Part shown: in pieces, positions 8,006 through 16,597 of the stretch
How positions within the stretch are numbered: position 1 is the stretch's first letter
Layout of the letters: each line of letters opens with the position of its first letter
Source: an uncultured virus (IMG/VR IMGVR_UViG_3300031628_000001)
Lineage: Duplodnaviria; Heunggongvirae; Uroviricota; Caudoviricetes; Crassvirales
Length of the DNA stretch: 64,000 nt
Strand: one strand, 5' to 3'
Virus record (IMG/VR): IMGVR_UViG_3300031628_000001
Location: 1-64,000 of that record
The notes under the pieces: generated by a model
Told to the model about the DNA's origin: nothing
Databases searched by the model: none
Seen by the model: the letters and a program-made list of their open reading frames with translations, nothing else
Made by a program: the position numbers and the translations under genes

Positions 8006-8731
8006 TTATACAAGTGTCCACCAACCGTATTCACATGTTGTTGTTAAAGAACTAGATAGTGAAAGATCTACATTTTTTGCAACTGGTATTGTTGTAAATT
8101 GCCCTGGTTTTAATACTACCATTTTATTTCGTACATTACTACCTCCTCCAGTAAAAACAGCAGAAGAAACTGTAGATGTTGTCGTAACAGTAATAGCAGA
8201 ATTCCCAGTACTACCTCCTTTAGCTTGAGTTAAGGTTAATACTCCTACTAAAGATGATACAACAATCTTACCTGCATGACCTGTACTAGCTTGTATACAC
8301 TTTTGTAATGATTCTGCTACTTGAGTAATACTACCTGTACTTTTAAATTCATTGTTTGTTAAATTTTCAGCAGCAGCAGCTGTATAAACTTTAGATGTTA
8401 AATCTGTAGATATAAGAGTAATTGTTCCAGCATTTGCAGGGTTTCCAATAAAGGCAAGAAATGCTATTCCTTGAGTTTCAGTGTCTACACCTATTTCTGC
8501 AGTTCCTTGAGTAGCTGATCCAGTATTCTTAAGATAAAGATATGTAGTACCAGTGTTCTTTATACCATCCATTGTACCTAATGTAGTTTTAGATGTAGAA
8601 AGATCTAAAGCTCCAGATTCAACTGTAGGTTGTGTAACGTTGAAGGTTTGTGTATTTGTTTGATTTAGTACATCTGAACTTACCCCTTGCCCAGTAAGTG
8701 TTAATTTAGATGTTATATTGTATGTTGCCAT
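8006..8731 (-). CDS. putative beta-rich structural protein, 241 aa
   Basis: Paralog of the 123-aa protein with an inserted domain (LTLTQAKGGSTGNSAIT...FTGG). Confidence 0.55.
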   Translation of the reverse strand: MATYNITSKLTLTGQGVSSDVLNQTNTQTFNVTQPTVESGALDLSTSKTTLGTMDGIKNTGTTYLYLKNTGSATQGTAEIGVDTETQGIAFLAFIGNPANAGTITLISTDLTSKVYTAAAAENLTNNEFKSTGSITQVAESLQKCIQASTGHAGKIVVSSLVGVLTLTQAKGGSTGNSAITVTTTSTVSSAVFTGGGSNVRNKMVVLKPGQFTTIPVAKNVDLSLSSSLTTTCEYGWWTLV

Positions 8732-8746
8732 GGTATTTAATTTTAT

Positions 8747-11197
8747 TTAGTTCTTCACTATATTATAATTTACAAATTTATTTTGATATTTAATAGCAAA
8801 ATGGTAAATACCTTTGCTAAAAGATGATAAATCTATTGATTTAACATTTATTTCATGTATTAACTCTTCTCCTAACGTATTGAAGACACTTATGTCTACA
8901 TTTACAGAGAAATTAACTACTCCTGTAGTAGGATTAGGATATAGATTAATATTATCACTTATTGTTCTAGATTCAGGTTGATTACCAACCCATGAACTAT
9001 TACAGTAATCATATGTTAATTGACAAATATCATCCCATTCATTATCACAACAATAGTCATCTACATCTATTACCCAAGCATAGCAAGGATCATTCAACCA
9101 ATACGGAATACTGTCACCAGTAATACAATTAGCACTATATAAACAAGACAAACTATCAACCACATTAACACTTGAATTATAATTAAACGCTGTTTGATCC
9201 ACACACCCTTCAACAATAGCCACACATGAACCATTATCAGTATTAGCCAACGTATCATAGTTAAAAGCAGTTGCATCCATACAACCATACATATAAGTAA
9301 CACAATTAAAATCTTCTGTATTTGCAGACGGATTAAAGTTAAGGGCACTTGGGTCAGTGCAACCATAAACAAAAGGATTGCAAGTATTATTATCTGCATT
9401 AGCTAAGGGATTAAAATTAAACATTGTTGAGTCAGTACAACCATAAATAAAAGGAATACAAGTTCCATCATTAGTGTTAGCACTATTGTCAAAGTTAAAC
9501 ATAATTGGATTAATACAACCATATATAACAGGAATACACCCTCCGTCATCAACATTAGCCATAGGAGAGAAATTGAATGCTAATGTATCAATACACCCAT
9601 AAACAATCCCTATACAACTATTGTCATCTACATTTGCTACTGAGTCATAATTTAATGCTAATTGGCTCATACACCCATAAACAATAGCAATACAAGTATC
9701 TGATGTGTTAGCATTCACATTATAATTAAAAGCTAAAGCTTGCATACATCCTTCAACAACTGCTATACATGAGTTAGGTAGTTCTGTGTTTGCTGTATCT
9801 ACATAATTAAATGCTGTAGAATCCATACAGCCTATTACAACTAAAGTACTGCAAGAACCATCTTCTTGATCGTAATTAGCATTATACTCTAAGTAGACAG
9901 GGTTAGTACACCCTGGGTTATAGTAACAACTAACATCATCTGTGTTAGCTAATGAATCATAGTTAATTGCATTAGTATATGTGCATCCATAAACCATTTC
10001 TACACATTCATTACCACAAGCAGTAATCAAAGGATAAACAAAAGAAGGAGTAATAAAAGGAGGTTGGATATTAATCATAGTATCTCCATCTGGATTAATT
10101 AAAGTAAATCCACATTCTATTGTTGTAGCCTGTGCTAAAGGATCTATACTAAATACAAATGATATAGGGTCAGGAGATGTTATAGTTACTTGATAAATAT
10201 CAGTAAATCCAGAAGTGTGTGTAAAAATATATGATGTATCTGGAGTAAATAATTGTAAATAAGATCCCACCCATCCATTTCCTATAAGGTCATGTAGGAT
10301 AAGAGTAAACTCACATTCATCTAACATATCCATTGTGTTAGCTAAAGCATCAAAATTATACATAGAAATATCAGTACATCCATATACTTTTAATGTAAGA
10401 CAACTCCCATCATCTATATCAGCATAGTAATCATATTCTAAATAGTCATCATCTGTACAACCTAGTATAGGTGGACATGAGTCAGAAACAAAACAGTGTA
10501 TAGTATCAAAACCAAAAGCTGGATCTGTACCATACACTAGTGTATCATTACATTGTTTTACAAAATAAGAACCATCAGCACCTTGCCATGCAGAACCTTC
10601 TAAACCATCACCATATAAATCATATATGTTAAATTTTAATGATCCTTTAGGTATCTCTACTATTGTATCTACTACAGAGTAAGCTGCAAGTGAGCCATAT
10701 CCTGATCCAGATGCATATACAATACCGTTTGAATCTTGTATATCCCAAGAGGTTTCTGGTGTAAATTGATCTAAGTTAATTATAATGTTAGTAGGTACTA
10801 GAGGTCCTAGTGGTTGAGGTGGAGCACATGGCCATATATTTACTAAAGTATCTAGAGTAAAGAAAGCCTGTGTTAAAGGTGTATAATCTAATATTGCTCC
10901 CTGACAATCATTACTCATTTTAAACCAAGCTGGTTGATTTGAAACCCAACCATCTCCAAAATTATCTGTTAATGTAACAACATAGTTACCTGAGTTTATA
11001 TTAATTACTGTGTCTAAATATTCATAACCTACTGTAGGTTGATGAAACATTACTGTATCCCCTGATACTGTATCTTCTACCATAAAGAAGTTAGCTTCTT
11101 GTGGTGCATAAAAATCATACTGAACTTTAAAATTTACCCATGAGTCTTGAGCAAATATACTTAATGGTAATAATAATAATATTAGTAAGTTTTTCAT
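8747..11197 (-). CDS. secreted Cys/Asp-rich repeat protein with T9SS type A C-terminal sorting domain
   Basis: Signal peptide MKNLLILLLLPLSIFA|QD; 13 GC(T/M)D repeats; C-terminal LYPNP...VFNTLGE...IDLSSFSKGIYHF...IVKN. Confidence 0.85.
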   Translation of the reverse strand: MKNLLILLLLPLSIFAQDSWVNFKVQYDFYAPQEANFFMVEDTVSGDTVMFHQPTVGYEYLDTVININSGNYVVTLTDNFGDGWVSNQPAWFKMSNDCQGAILDYTPLTQAFFTLDTLVNIWPCAPPQPLGPLVPTNIIINLDQFTPETSWDIQDSNGIVYASGSGYGSLAAYSVVDTIVEIPKGSLKFNIYDLYGDGLEGSAWQGADGSYFVKQCNDTLVYGTDPAFGFDTIHCFVSDSCPPILGCTDDDYLEYDYYADIDDGSCLTLKVYGCTDISMYNFDALANTMDMLDECEFTLILHDLIGNGWVGSYLQLFTPDTSYIFTHTSGFTDIYQVTITSPDPISFVFSIDPLAQATTIECGFTLINPDGDTMINIQPPFITPSFVYPLITACGNECVEMVYGCTYTNAINYDSLANTDDVSCYYNPGCTNPVYLEYNANYDQEDGSCSTLVVIGCMDSTAFNYVDTANTELPNSCIAVVEGCMQALAFNYNVNANTSDTCIAIVYGCMSQLALNYDSVANVDDNSCIGIVYGCIDTLAFNFSPMANVDDGGCIPVIYGCINPIMFNFDNSANTNDGTCIPFIYGCTDSTMFNFNPLANADNNTCNPFVYGCTDPSALNFNPSANTEDFNCVTYMYGCMDATAFNYDTLANTDNGSCVAIVEGCVDQTAFNYNSSVNVVDSLSCLYSANCITGDSIPYWLNDPCYAWVIDVDDYCCDNEWDDICQLTYDYCNSSWVGNQPESRTISDNINLYPNPTTGVVNFSVNVDISVFNTLGEELIHEINVKSIDLSSFSKGIYHFAIKYQNKFVNYNIVKN
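9137..9994 (-). repeat. 11 tandem ~26-aa (~78-bp) GC(T/M)DxxAxNYxxxANxDDxSC repeats (two more at ~10314-10469)
   Basis: Visible in the translation, e.g. FVYGCTDPSALNFNPSANTEDFNC and YMYGCMDATAFNYDTLANTDNGSC. Confidence 0.85.
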
Positions 11198-11547
11198 TAG
11201 AAGTCTTCCATTAATAATTCGTCAATATAATCTTGCATTTCTTTTCTTGTAGCTTTCATACTAAATGATATGTCAGCTTGGTATCTTTTTTGTTCTTCTC
11301 CATCTTTATAGATAATAACAGTTGGTACTACTACTATTTTATGTTTAGTTTGTAGTTTTGGTGCTACTGCTATATCAACATAAACTATATCACAGTCTGT
11401 TAGATCTCCAATGTAACTTACTTTATTAGGATCATTCCAGGCAGCATTAAAATGAGTTACTACAATTTGACCTGAGACATTTGAACTAAATATTAAAAAT
11501 AATAATATTAATAAATACCCAGTAAATATTCTCCAAATAACTTTCAT
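11197..11547 (-). CDS. exported thioredoxin-fold protein lacking CXXC
   Basis: N-terminal signal/TM segment; VVTHFNAAWN; IVVVPTVIIYKDGEE (cis-Pro loop region of the Trx fold). Confidence 0.65.
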   Translation of the reverse strand: MKVIWRIFTGYLLILLFLIFSSNVSGQIVVTHFNAAWNDPNKVSYIGDLTDCDIVYVDIAVAPKLQTKHKIVVVPTVIIYKDGEEQKRYQADISFSMKATRKEMQDYIDELLMEDF

Positions 11548-11828
11548 CGTAGCTTATCTAATTTATCTTCCATTCTAATTAATCTGTTTTTTAAGTCATC
11601 AACAGCTTTTTCAGTATTTTCAATAGACAACCTGATGTTTTGATCTTTCATATCAAATTCCATTCTACTTACGTCTGGTGGTACTGGAGCTGGAAGAGTT
11701 TTAGCCTCTGCAATCTCACCGTGTAAATTAAACCACATCCCAACTAGTATAGCAATTAGTGTAGCAATTCCCCCTAAGGTTTTTATACTTAATTTGATTG
11801 CTGTATCTTCACTTAATTCTTTTGTCAT
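11544..11828 (-). CDS. membrane-anchored coiled-coil protein, 94 aa
   Basis: TM helix LGGIATLIAILVGMW followed by a heptad-rich C-terminus. Confidence 0.65.
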   Translation of the reverse strand: MTKELSEDTAIKLSIKTLGGIATLIAILVGMWFNLHGEIAEAKTLPAPVPPDVSRMEFDMKDQNIRLSIENTEKAVDDLKNRLIRMEDKLDKLR

Positions 11829-11965
11829 TTTTTTTTCTTTTTAGGTAAAGATTTTATTTTACCATTCTCAGTTCTAGCATATCTATGTGTCTTTGTTTCC
11901 TTACTAGGAATTAAAGTACCACAATATTTTCCTTTACCATATTTCCAACATACTTTTTTACCCAT
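11825..11965 (-). CDS. 46-aa basic microprotein (not in ORF track)
   Basis: MGKKVCWKYGKGKYCGTLIPSKETKTHRYARTENGKIKSLPKKKKK*; ATGA overlap with the next gene. Confidence 0.6.
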   Translation of the reverse strand: MGKKVCWKYGKGKYCGTLIPSKETKTHRYARTENGKIKSLPKKKKK

Positions 11966-11971
11966 TTTCAA

Positions 11972-12118
11972 TTACTTTCCACATCCACAACCACCTACTT
12001 TTTTAACAGGTAGTGGTCTGCCACCATTTCTTAGTACAGGTTTAGGTCTAACATTTCTACCAGCAGCATTTTGCAATGCTCTCGCCATGTTAGGTTTTAC
12101 ATTTAATCTTCTACTCAT
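11972..12118 (-). CDS. 48-aa basic microprotein (not in ORF track)
   Basis: MSRRLNVKPNMARALQNAAGRNVRPKPVLRNGGRPLPVKKVGGCGCGK*; TAATG overlap with the upstream gene. Confidence 0.6.
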   Translation of the reverse strand: MSRRLNVKPNMARALQNAAGRNVRPKPVLRNGGRPLPVKKVGGCGCGK

Positions 12119-12363
12119 TATATCTCAAATCCAAGATTGAATACAATAAATCTAAACCTCTTTGCAGCACAATCTACATCACAAAAAAGACATGCTTTAA
12201 TGTCTAAAATAGTTATTTTACCTATTCTTATTTCAATTTCATATTTTAACTTCTTATTTCCAGTGTTCCAACTATTAATCCAATTCATTTTTTTATTTTT
12301 TTTAATTGTTTCATATGATAAATTCCTTGTAGTATCATAGTAATGTTTACTGTGCTTAACCAT
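12118..12363 (-). CDS. hypothetical protein, 81 aa (start uncertain)
   Basis: ORF track; alternative internal start at MNWINSW. Confidence 0.55.
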   Translation of the reverse strand: MVKHSKHYYDTTRNLSYETIKKNKKMNWINSWNTGNKKLKYEIEIRIGKITILDIKACLFCDVDCAAKRFRFIVFNLGFEI

Positions 12364-12368
12364 ATATA

Positions 12369-12382
12369 TATAATATACTAAA
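12369..12382 (-). promoter_or_regulatory. putative phage late-promoter motif TTTAGTATATTATA
   Basis: Identical 14-mer at 49418-49431; variants at 14581-14594 and 40631-40645, all directly upstream of - strand genes. Confidence 0.5.
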
Positions 12383-12384
12383 AA

Positions 12385-13434
12385 TTATAGTATTATGTAG
12401 TTAAGTCCAAATTTAAAATCATACCATTCTTTGTTCCAATACTTGTTATATTTACCCTCTACAAAGAATCCTAAACTCTTAGTAATTTTATAACCTAATA
12501 TAAGTCCTCCAGAGTAATCTAACCATTGACCATCTACATAATTGTGATAGGAATATTCGTTACCTTCATCATAATGATAAGGCATTAAATTACCCCAAGC
12601 ATGTAACCATTTATCCTTCTTATAATAATAGTAATCTGCACCCAGGACTACAGAGTATGTCCATTGTCTTTTTAATTCATTCCGTTTCTTCTCAGAATAA
12701 TCTGAAAGAACTACAGGTATTATTAATTCTTTCCATACCTCACTGCTAGTAGCAACTATATTACCACTAGGGTCACTATATTCATTTGCATATAAATTAT
12801 AATTATAACCCTCTTCTATAGCTAAATACGTATAATGTAAGTTGCCATTTGATAGCAACCATTCCTCTAAAGGATCATATCCATAAGGTTCTGCTATCCT
12901 TTGAGCACTCCCTATGTTAAAAGAAAGCTTATTATTGAGTTTATATCTATATCTTTCTGATGCTTCAAAATATTGTATATCTGCAAATCCATTCTGTAAA
13001 TATTCAATCTTCGTAATCCAGTCAGGAGCAACATACCTTAAAAAATGATGTTGGTCTAAGTAGTCTTGTCCTTGTAATCTTCGTAAATCTATCTCAAAAA
13101 GAAATTCTAAACCATCCCTCTTACCTATTGTAGCAGCATCAGACCAAGAGTTTTCTGTTCCATCGTAAAATGTATTGGCTTTATTCTCATATCCAAATCT
13201 AGCTATTTTTCTTATCCCTAACGTTATAGCGTAATCATATGGTGTTTTAACTATTTCTGTTTCTAAACCGTTAGTGATTGAGTATCTATCTACATCTGAA
13301 ATTGATGTCCCTCCATTGACTGCAGCGTAAAATGTAGAAAACTTAAATGTTTTCTTACAAAACTCCTTCCATTTATCTTGAGCAACAGTAGTATAAGATA
13401 TTAATAAAAATAATATTAGGATTAATTTTCTCAT
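12385..13434 (-). CDS. putative outer-membrane beta-barrel protein, 349 aa
   Basis: Signal peptide ending TTVA|QD; Tyr/Trp-rich alternating beta strands; C-terminal strand YDFKFGLNYIIL. Confidence 0.65.
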   Translation of the reverse strand: MRKLILILFLLISYTTVAQDKWKEFCKKTFKFSTFYAAVNGGTSISDVDRYSITNGLETEIVKTPYDYAITLGIRKIARFGYENKANTFYDGTENSWSDAATIGKRDGLEFLFEIDLRRLQGQDYLDQHHFLRYVAPDWITKIEYLQNGFADIQYFEASERYRYKLNNKLSFNIGSAQRIAEPYGYDPLEEWLLSNGNLHYTYLAIEEGYNYNLYANEYSDPSGNIVATSSEVWKELIIPVVLSDYSEKKRNELKRQWTYSVVLGADYYYYKKDKWLHAWGNLMPYHYDEGNEYSYHNYVDGQWLDYSGGLILGYKITKSLGFFVEGKYNKYWNKEWYDFKFGLNYIIL

Positions 13435-14201
13435 TATACAGTTGGTACATTAGTAGTTATATTTGCACCTAGCATATTTGTCATTGTAGCATTATTTCCT
13501 GATTCCTGATCTACAATAGTAGGATAAGAACCAGGCCCTCCAGGATCACCCATTCTCCACCAGCTTTGTAAATTAGCTGAAACACTTGATGCCTGTAAAT
13601 CAGTAGGAACTCCAGAATTATATATTTCTACACACTCTGCATTAGTAAGGTATTTAGTCCAAATAGCAATCTCATCTATATTTCCTGCAAAATTATAAGA
13701 TCCTGCATTTCTACCAATGTATCCATTACCAGTAGTATCAAAAGTGATTCCTGTAGTATTAAAGTTTTTATTGTCATATATTATTCCATCTACAGCAAAA
13801 CCTACATTATTAGAAATTGATTGTCTATTTACTCTATATATCACATGTCTCCAATTTCCAGCTGTTCCTCCCCAAGCAAATTGATCACTCCATGGTCCAG
13901 AAAAAGTTAAATTACCAGTATTATTAACAGCCATAGCAGTTTGATATGATCCTCCTGCTCCAAATGTAACGAGTCTTTGATTTCCTTGTCCAGTAAGATT
14001 AGTAACATTAACCCATAAAGATATGCTAAAATCTCCTGTACCAAGTGTACCTAATAATGGAACTGAAGACAAAGCAAGATATTCATTACTTCCATCAAAA
14101 CTTATTGAATACTTATCTGTGAAAGCTATTGCACCACCTATTCCATCAATTCCAGATATTCTTCTTGATAAAACCTTTTGTGTATTAATATTAGTTGCCA
14201 T
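13434..14201 (-). CDS. LamG/concanavalin A-like lectin domain protein (probable tail/virion protein)
   Basis: YSISFDGSNEY, FSISLWV, WRHV, FAGNIDEIAIW and LQSWWRMGD. Confidence 0.85.
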   Translation of the reverse strand: MATNINTQKVLSRRISGIDGIGGAIAFTDKYSISFDGSNEYLALSSVPLLGTLGTGDFSISLWVNVTNLTGQGNQRLVTFGAGGSYQTAMAVNNTGNLTFSGPWSDQFAWGGTAGNWRHVIYRVNRQSISNNVGFAVDGIIYDNKNFNTTGITFDTTGNGYIGRNAGSYNFAGNIDEIAIWTKYLTNAECVEIYNSGVPTDLQASSVSANLQSWWRMGDPGGPGSYPTIVDQESGNNATMTNMLGANITTNVPTV

Positions 14202-14212
14202 TCAAAAATGTT

Positions 14213-14530
14213 TTAATATGTTCCTGCTACAATTGCTGTACCCATTCCTGTTATAATTGTTATATCTCCAGAATAGAGAGAGCCTTGAACTGCATCAAAA
14301 GTTACTGTAGTAAGTGCAGGAAGAATGATATTTTGTGTAGAATTTTGAACTTTAATAGTATTTGTTGCATGTGTATTCATTATAGAAATAGATCTAAAAG
14401 CTATTGGAAGCATTTCAGTTTCACCTGCAGCTATATTTGCCATATAAGTATTTTTTGATCCTGTTAAAGCATTAAGAATTTTCTCTGCAAAGTAAGTCCA
14501 GTTGTATTTTTTAATTAAACTATAACTCAT
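14213..14530 (-). CDS. putative small structural protein, 105 aa
   Basis: Beta-rich pattern (RSISIMNT, IILPA); first gene of the - strand block. Confidence 0.55.
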   Translation of the reverse strand: MSYSLIKKYNWTYFAEKILNALTGSKNTYMANIAAGETEMLPIAFRSISIMNTHATNTIKVQNSTQNIILPALTTVTFDAVQGSLYSGDITIITGMGTAIVAGTY

Positions 14531-14580
14531 GGTTTTAAATTTTTTTATTTATAAATATTATTATACTTTTGTAGTATATA

Positions 14581-14594
14581 TACAATATACAAAA
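14581..14594 (-). promoter_or_regulatory. putative late-promoter motif variant TTTTGTATATTGTA
   Basis: 12/14 identical to the 12369/49418 motif; 50 nt upstream of ATG 14530. Confidence 0.4.
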
Positions 14595-14726
14595 AGAATA
14601 TTACATTTAAAATTAAAAACGTGTGAATTTGTTCATGCATATACTATAAAATTTAAGATATTTTATTTATCTTGTATCTACCCTTAACAGGGAATTATTA
14701 ATCCTTTTATTAAAACCAATCAAAAT

Positions 14727-16586
14727 ATGAATTTAAGTAACAAAATTCTGAGTGACATTACTGTCCATATGAAATACGCAAAATATTTACCAGAAGTACA
14801 AAGAAGAGAGACATGGAGTGAGTTAGTTGACAGAAACAAAGCTATGCATATAAAGAAATATCCAGGTATAGTTGAAGAAATTACTAAAGCATATAAATTT
14901 GTATATGATAAAAAAGTTTTACCATCAATGAGGTCAATGCAATTTGGTGGTAAACCTATTGAAATAAGCCCTAATAGAGTTTATAACTGTGCTTATCTTC
15001 CTATAGATAATATTCACTCATTTAGTGAAACTATGTTTTTACTATTAGGTGGTACAGGTGTTGGTTATTCTGTTCAACAACATCATGTTAATAAATTACC
15101 TCCTATTAACAAACCATATGATAAAAGATTTAAAAGATATTTAATTGGAGACTCAATTGAAGGATGGGCTGATGCTGTTAAAGTATTAATTAAGTCTTAT
15201 CTTAATGGTAGGTCATCTAAAGTTGTATTTGACTATTCTGACATTAGAGCAAAGGGTGCAAGATTAGTAACATCAGGTGGTAAGGCTCCTGGACCTCAAC
15301 CACTTAAAGAATGTTTATTAAAGCTTGAAGGTCTGTTAGATTCTAAAGATGATGGTAGTCAGTTGTCTAGTTTAGAAGTTCATGATATGGTTTGCCATAT
15401 TGCTGATGCTGTATTAGCTGGTGGTATTAGAAGAGCAGCTTTGATTAGTTTGTTTAGTGCTCATGATGAAGAAATGATTTCATGTAAAACTGGAGACTGG
15501 TGGGAAAAAAATCCACAAAGAGGTAGATCAAACAACTCTGCAGTATTAATGAGACATAAAATAACTAAAGAATTCTTCATGAACTTATGGAAACGTGTTG
15601 AGTTATCTGGAGCGGGTGAACCAGGTATATATTTAAACAATGATAAGGATTGGGGAACAAATCCGTGTTGTGAAATTGCATTAAGACCATATCAGTTCTG
15701 TAATCTATGTGAAGTAAATGTTTCAAACATAGAATCACAAGAGGATCTAAATGAAAGAGTTAAAATGGCTGCATTCATTGGTACACTTCAAGCAGGTTAT
15801 ACTAATTTTCATTATTTAAGAGAGATATGGCAAAGCACAACAGAGAAGGACGCACTTATAGGTGTGTCAATGACAGGAATAGGGAGTGCCGCTGTGCTCC
15901 AGCTGGATATGAAGGAAGCTGCAAGTATAGTAAAGAGAGAAAACTCAAGAGTAGCAAAACTGATAGGGATAAACAAAGCAGCAAGGACAACATGCGTTAA
16001 ACCTGCAGGTACTACATCATTAACATTAGGTACAAGTTCAGGTATTCATGCTTGGCATAATGATTTCTACATCAGAAGAATGCGTGTAGGTAAAAATGAA
16101 TCAATCTATAATTACTTAAGCATCAATCATCCAGAGTTATTAGAAGATGATTACTTTAGACCTCATGATACTGCATGTATTAGTATTCCACAAATGGCAC
16201 CTAAAGGTTCTATACTTAGAACTGAGTCACCTTTTCAATTACTTGAAAGAGTTAAAAAAGTTGCTACTGAATGGGTTAACACTGGACATAGAGCAGGATC
16301 AAATACTCATAATGTATCTGCTACTATTTCTTTAAGAGATCATGAATGGGATGCTGCTGGAAAATGGATGTGGGATAACAGAGAACACTATAATGGTTTA
16401 GCTGTCTTACCCTATGATGGTGGAACATATATTCAAGCTCCATTTGAAGACATTACAGAAGAGAAATATAATGAATTAATAAAATCTCTAATGGATATTA
16501 ATCTAGATAATGTAGTTGAAATAGAAGATAATACTGATCTTAAAGGTGAGTTAGCTTGTGCAGGAGGTGCGTGTGAAATTAGCTAG
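14727..16586 (+). CDS. nrdJ: class II (adenosylcobalamin-dependent) ribonucleotide reductase, monomeric RTPR type
   Basis: YNCAYL, GIRRAALI, GTNPCCEI, FCNLCEVN, CVKPAGT and the C-terminal ACAGGACE redox pair; no adjacent small subunit. Confidence 0.9.
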   Translation: MNLSNKILSDITVHMKYAKYLPEVQRRETWSELVDRNKAMHIKKYPGIVEEITKAYKFVYDKKVLPSMRSMQFGGKPIEISPNRVYNCAYLPIDNIHSFSETMFLLLGGTGVGYSVQQHHVNKLPPINKPYDKRFKRYLIGDSIEGWADAVKVLIKSYLNGRSSKVVFDYSDIRAKGARLVTSGGKAPGPQPLKECLLKLEGLLDSKDDGSQLSSLEVHDMVCHIADAVLAGGIRRAALISLFSAHDEEMISCKTGDWWEKNPQRGRSNNSAVLMRHKITKEFFMNLWKRVELSGAGEPGIYLNNDKDWGTNPCCEIALRPYQFCNLCEVNVSNIESQEDLNERVKMAAFIGTLQAGYTNFHYLREIWQSTTEKDALIGVSMTGIGSAAVLQLDMKEAASIVKRENSRVAKLIGINKAARTTCVKPAGTTSLTLGTSSGIHAWHNDFYIRRMRVGKNESIYNYLSINHPELLEDDYFRPHDTACISIPQMAPKGSILRTESPFQLLERVKKVATEWVNTGHRAGSNTHNVSATISLRDHEWDAAGKWMWDNREHYNGLAVLPYDGGTYIQAPFEDITEEKYNELIKSLMDINLDNVVEIEDNTDLKGELACAGGACEIS

Positions 16587-16595
16587 CACCTTCTG
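16561..16595. terminator. hairpin at convergent junction nrdJ / 1870-aa gene
   Basis: CAGGAGGTGC(16561-70)/GCACCTTCTG(16586-95): 10-bp stem with one G-U pair, spanning the nrdJ stop. Confidence 0.45.
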
Positions 16596-16597
16596 TT

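Noticed and set aside
9137..9994. CRISPR array or DGR-type template/variable repeats
   Set aside because: The repeats are degenerate, in-frame protein repeats; there are no identical repeats with unique spacers and no reverse transcriptase in the window.
14531..14726. Cobalamin riboswitch upstream of nrdJ
   Set aside because: Extremely AT-rich; no B12-box-like sequence; only a 4-bp hairpin (CCCT-TAAC-AGGG).
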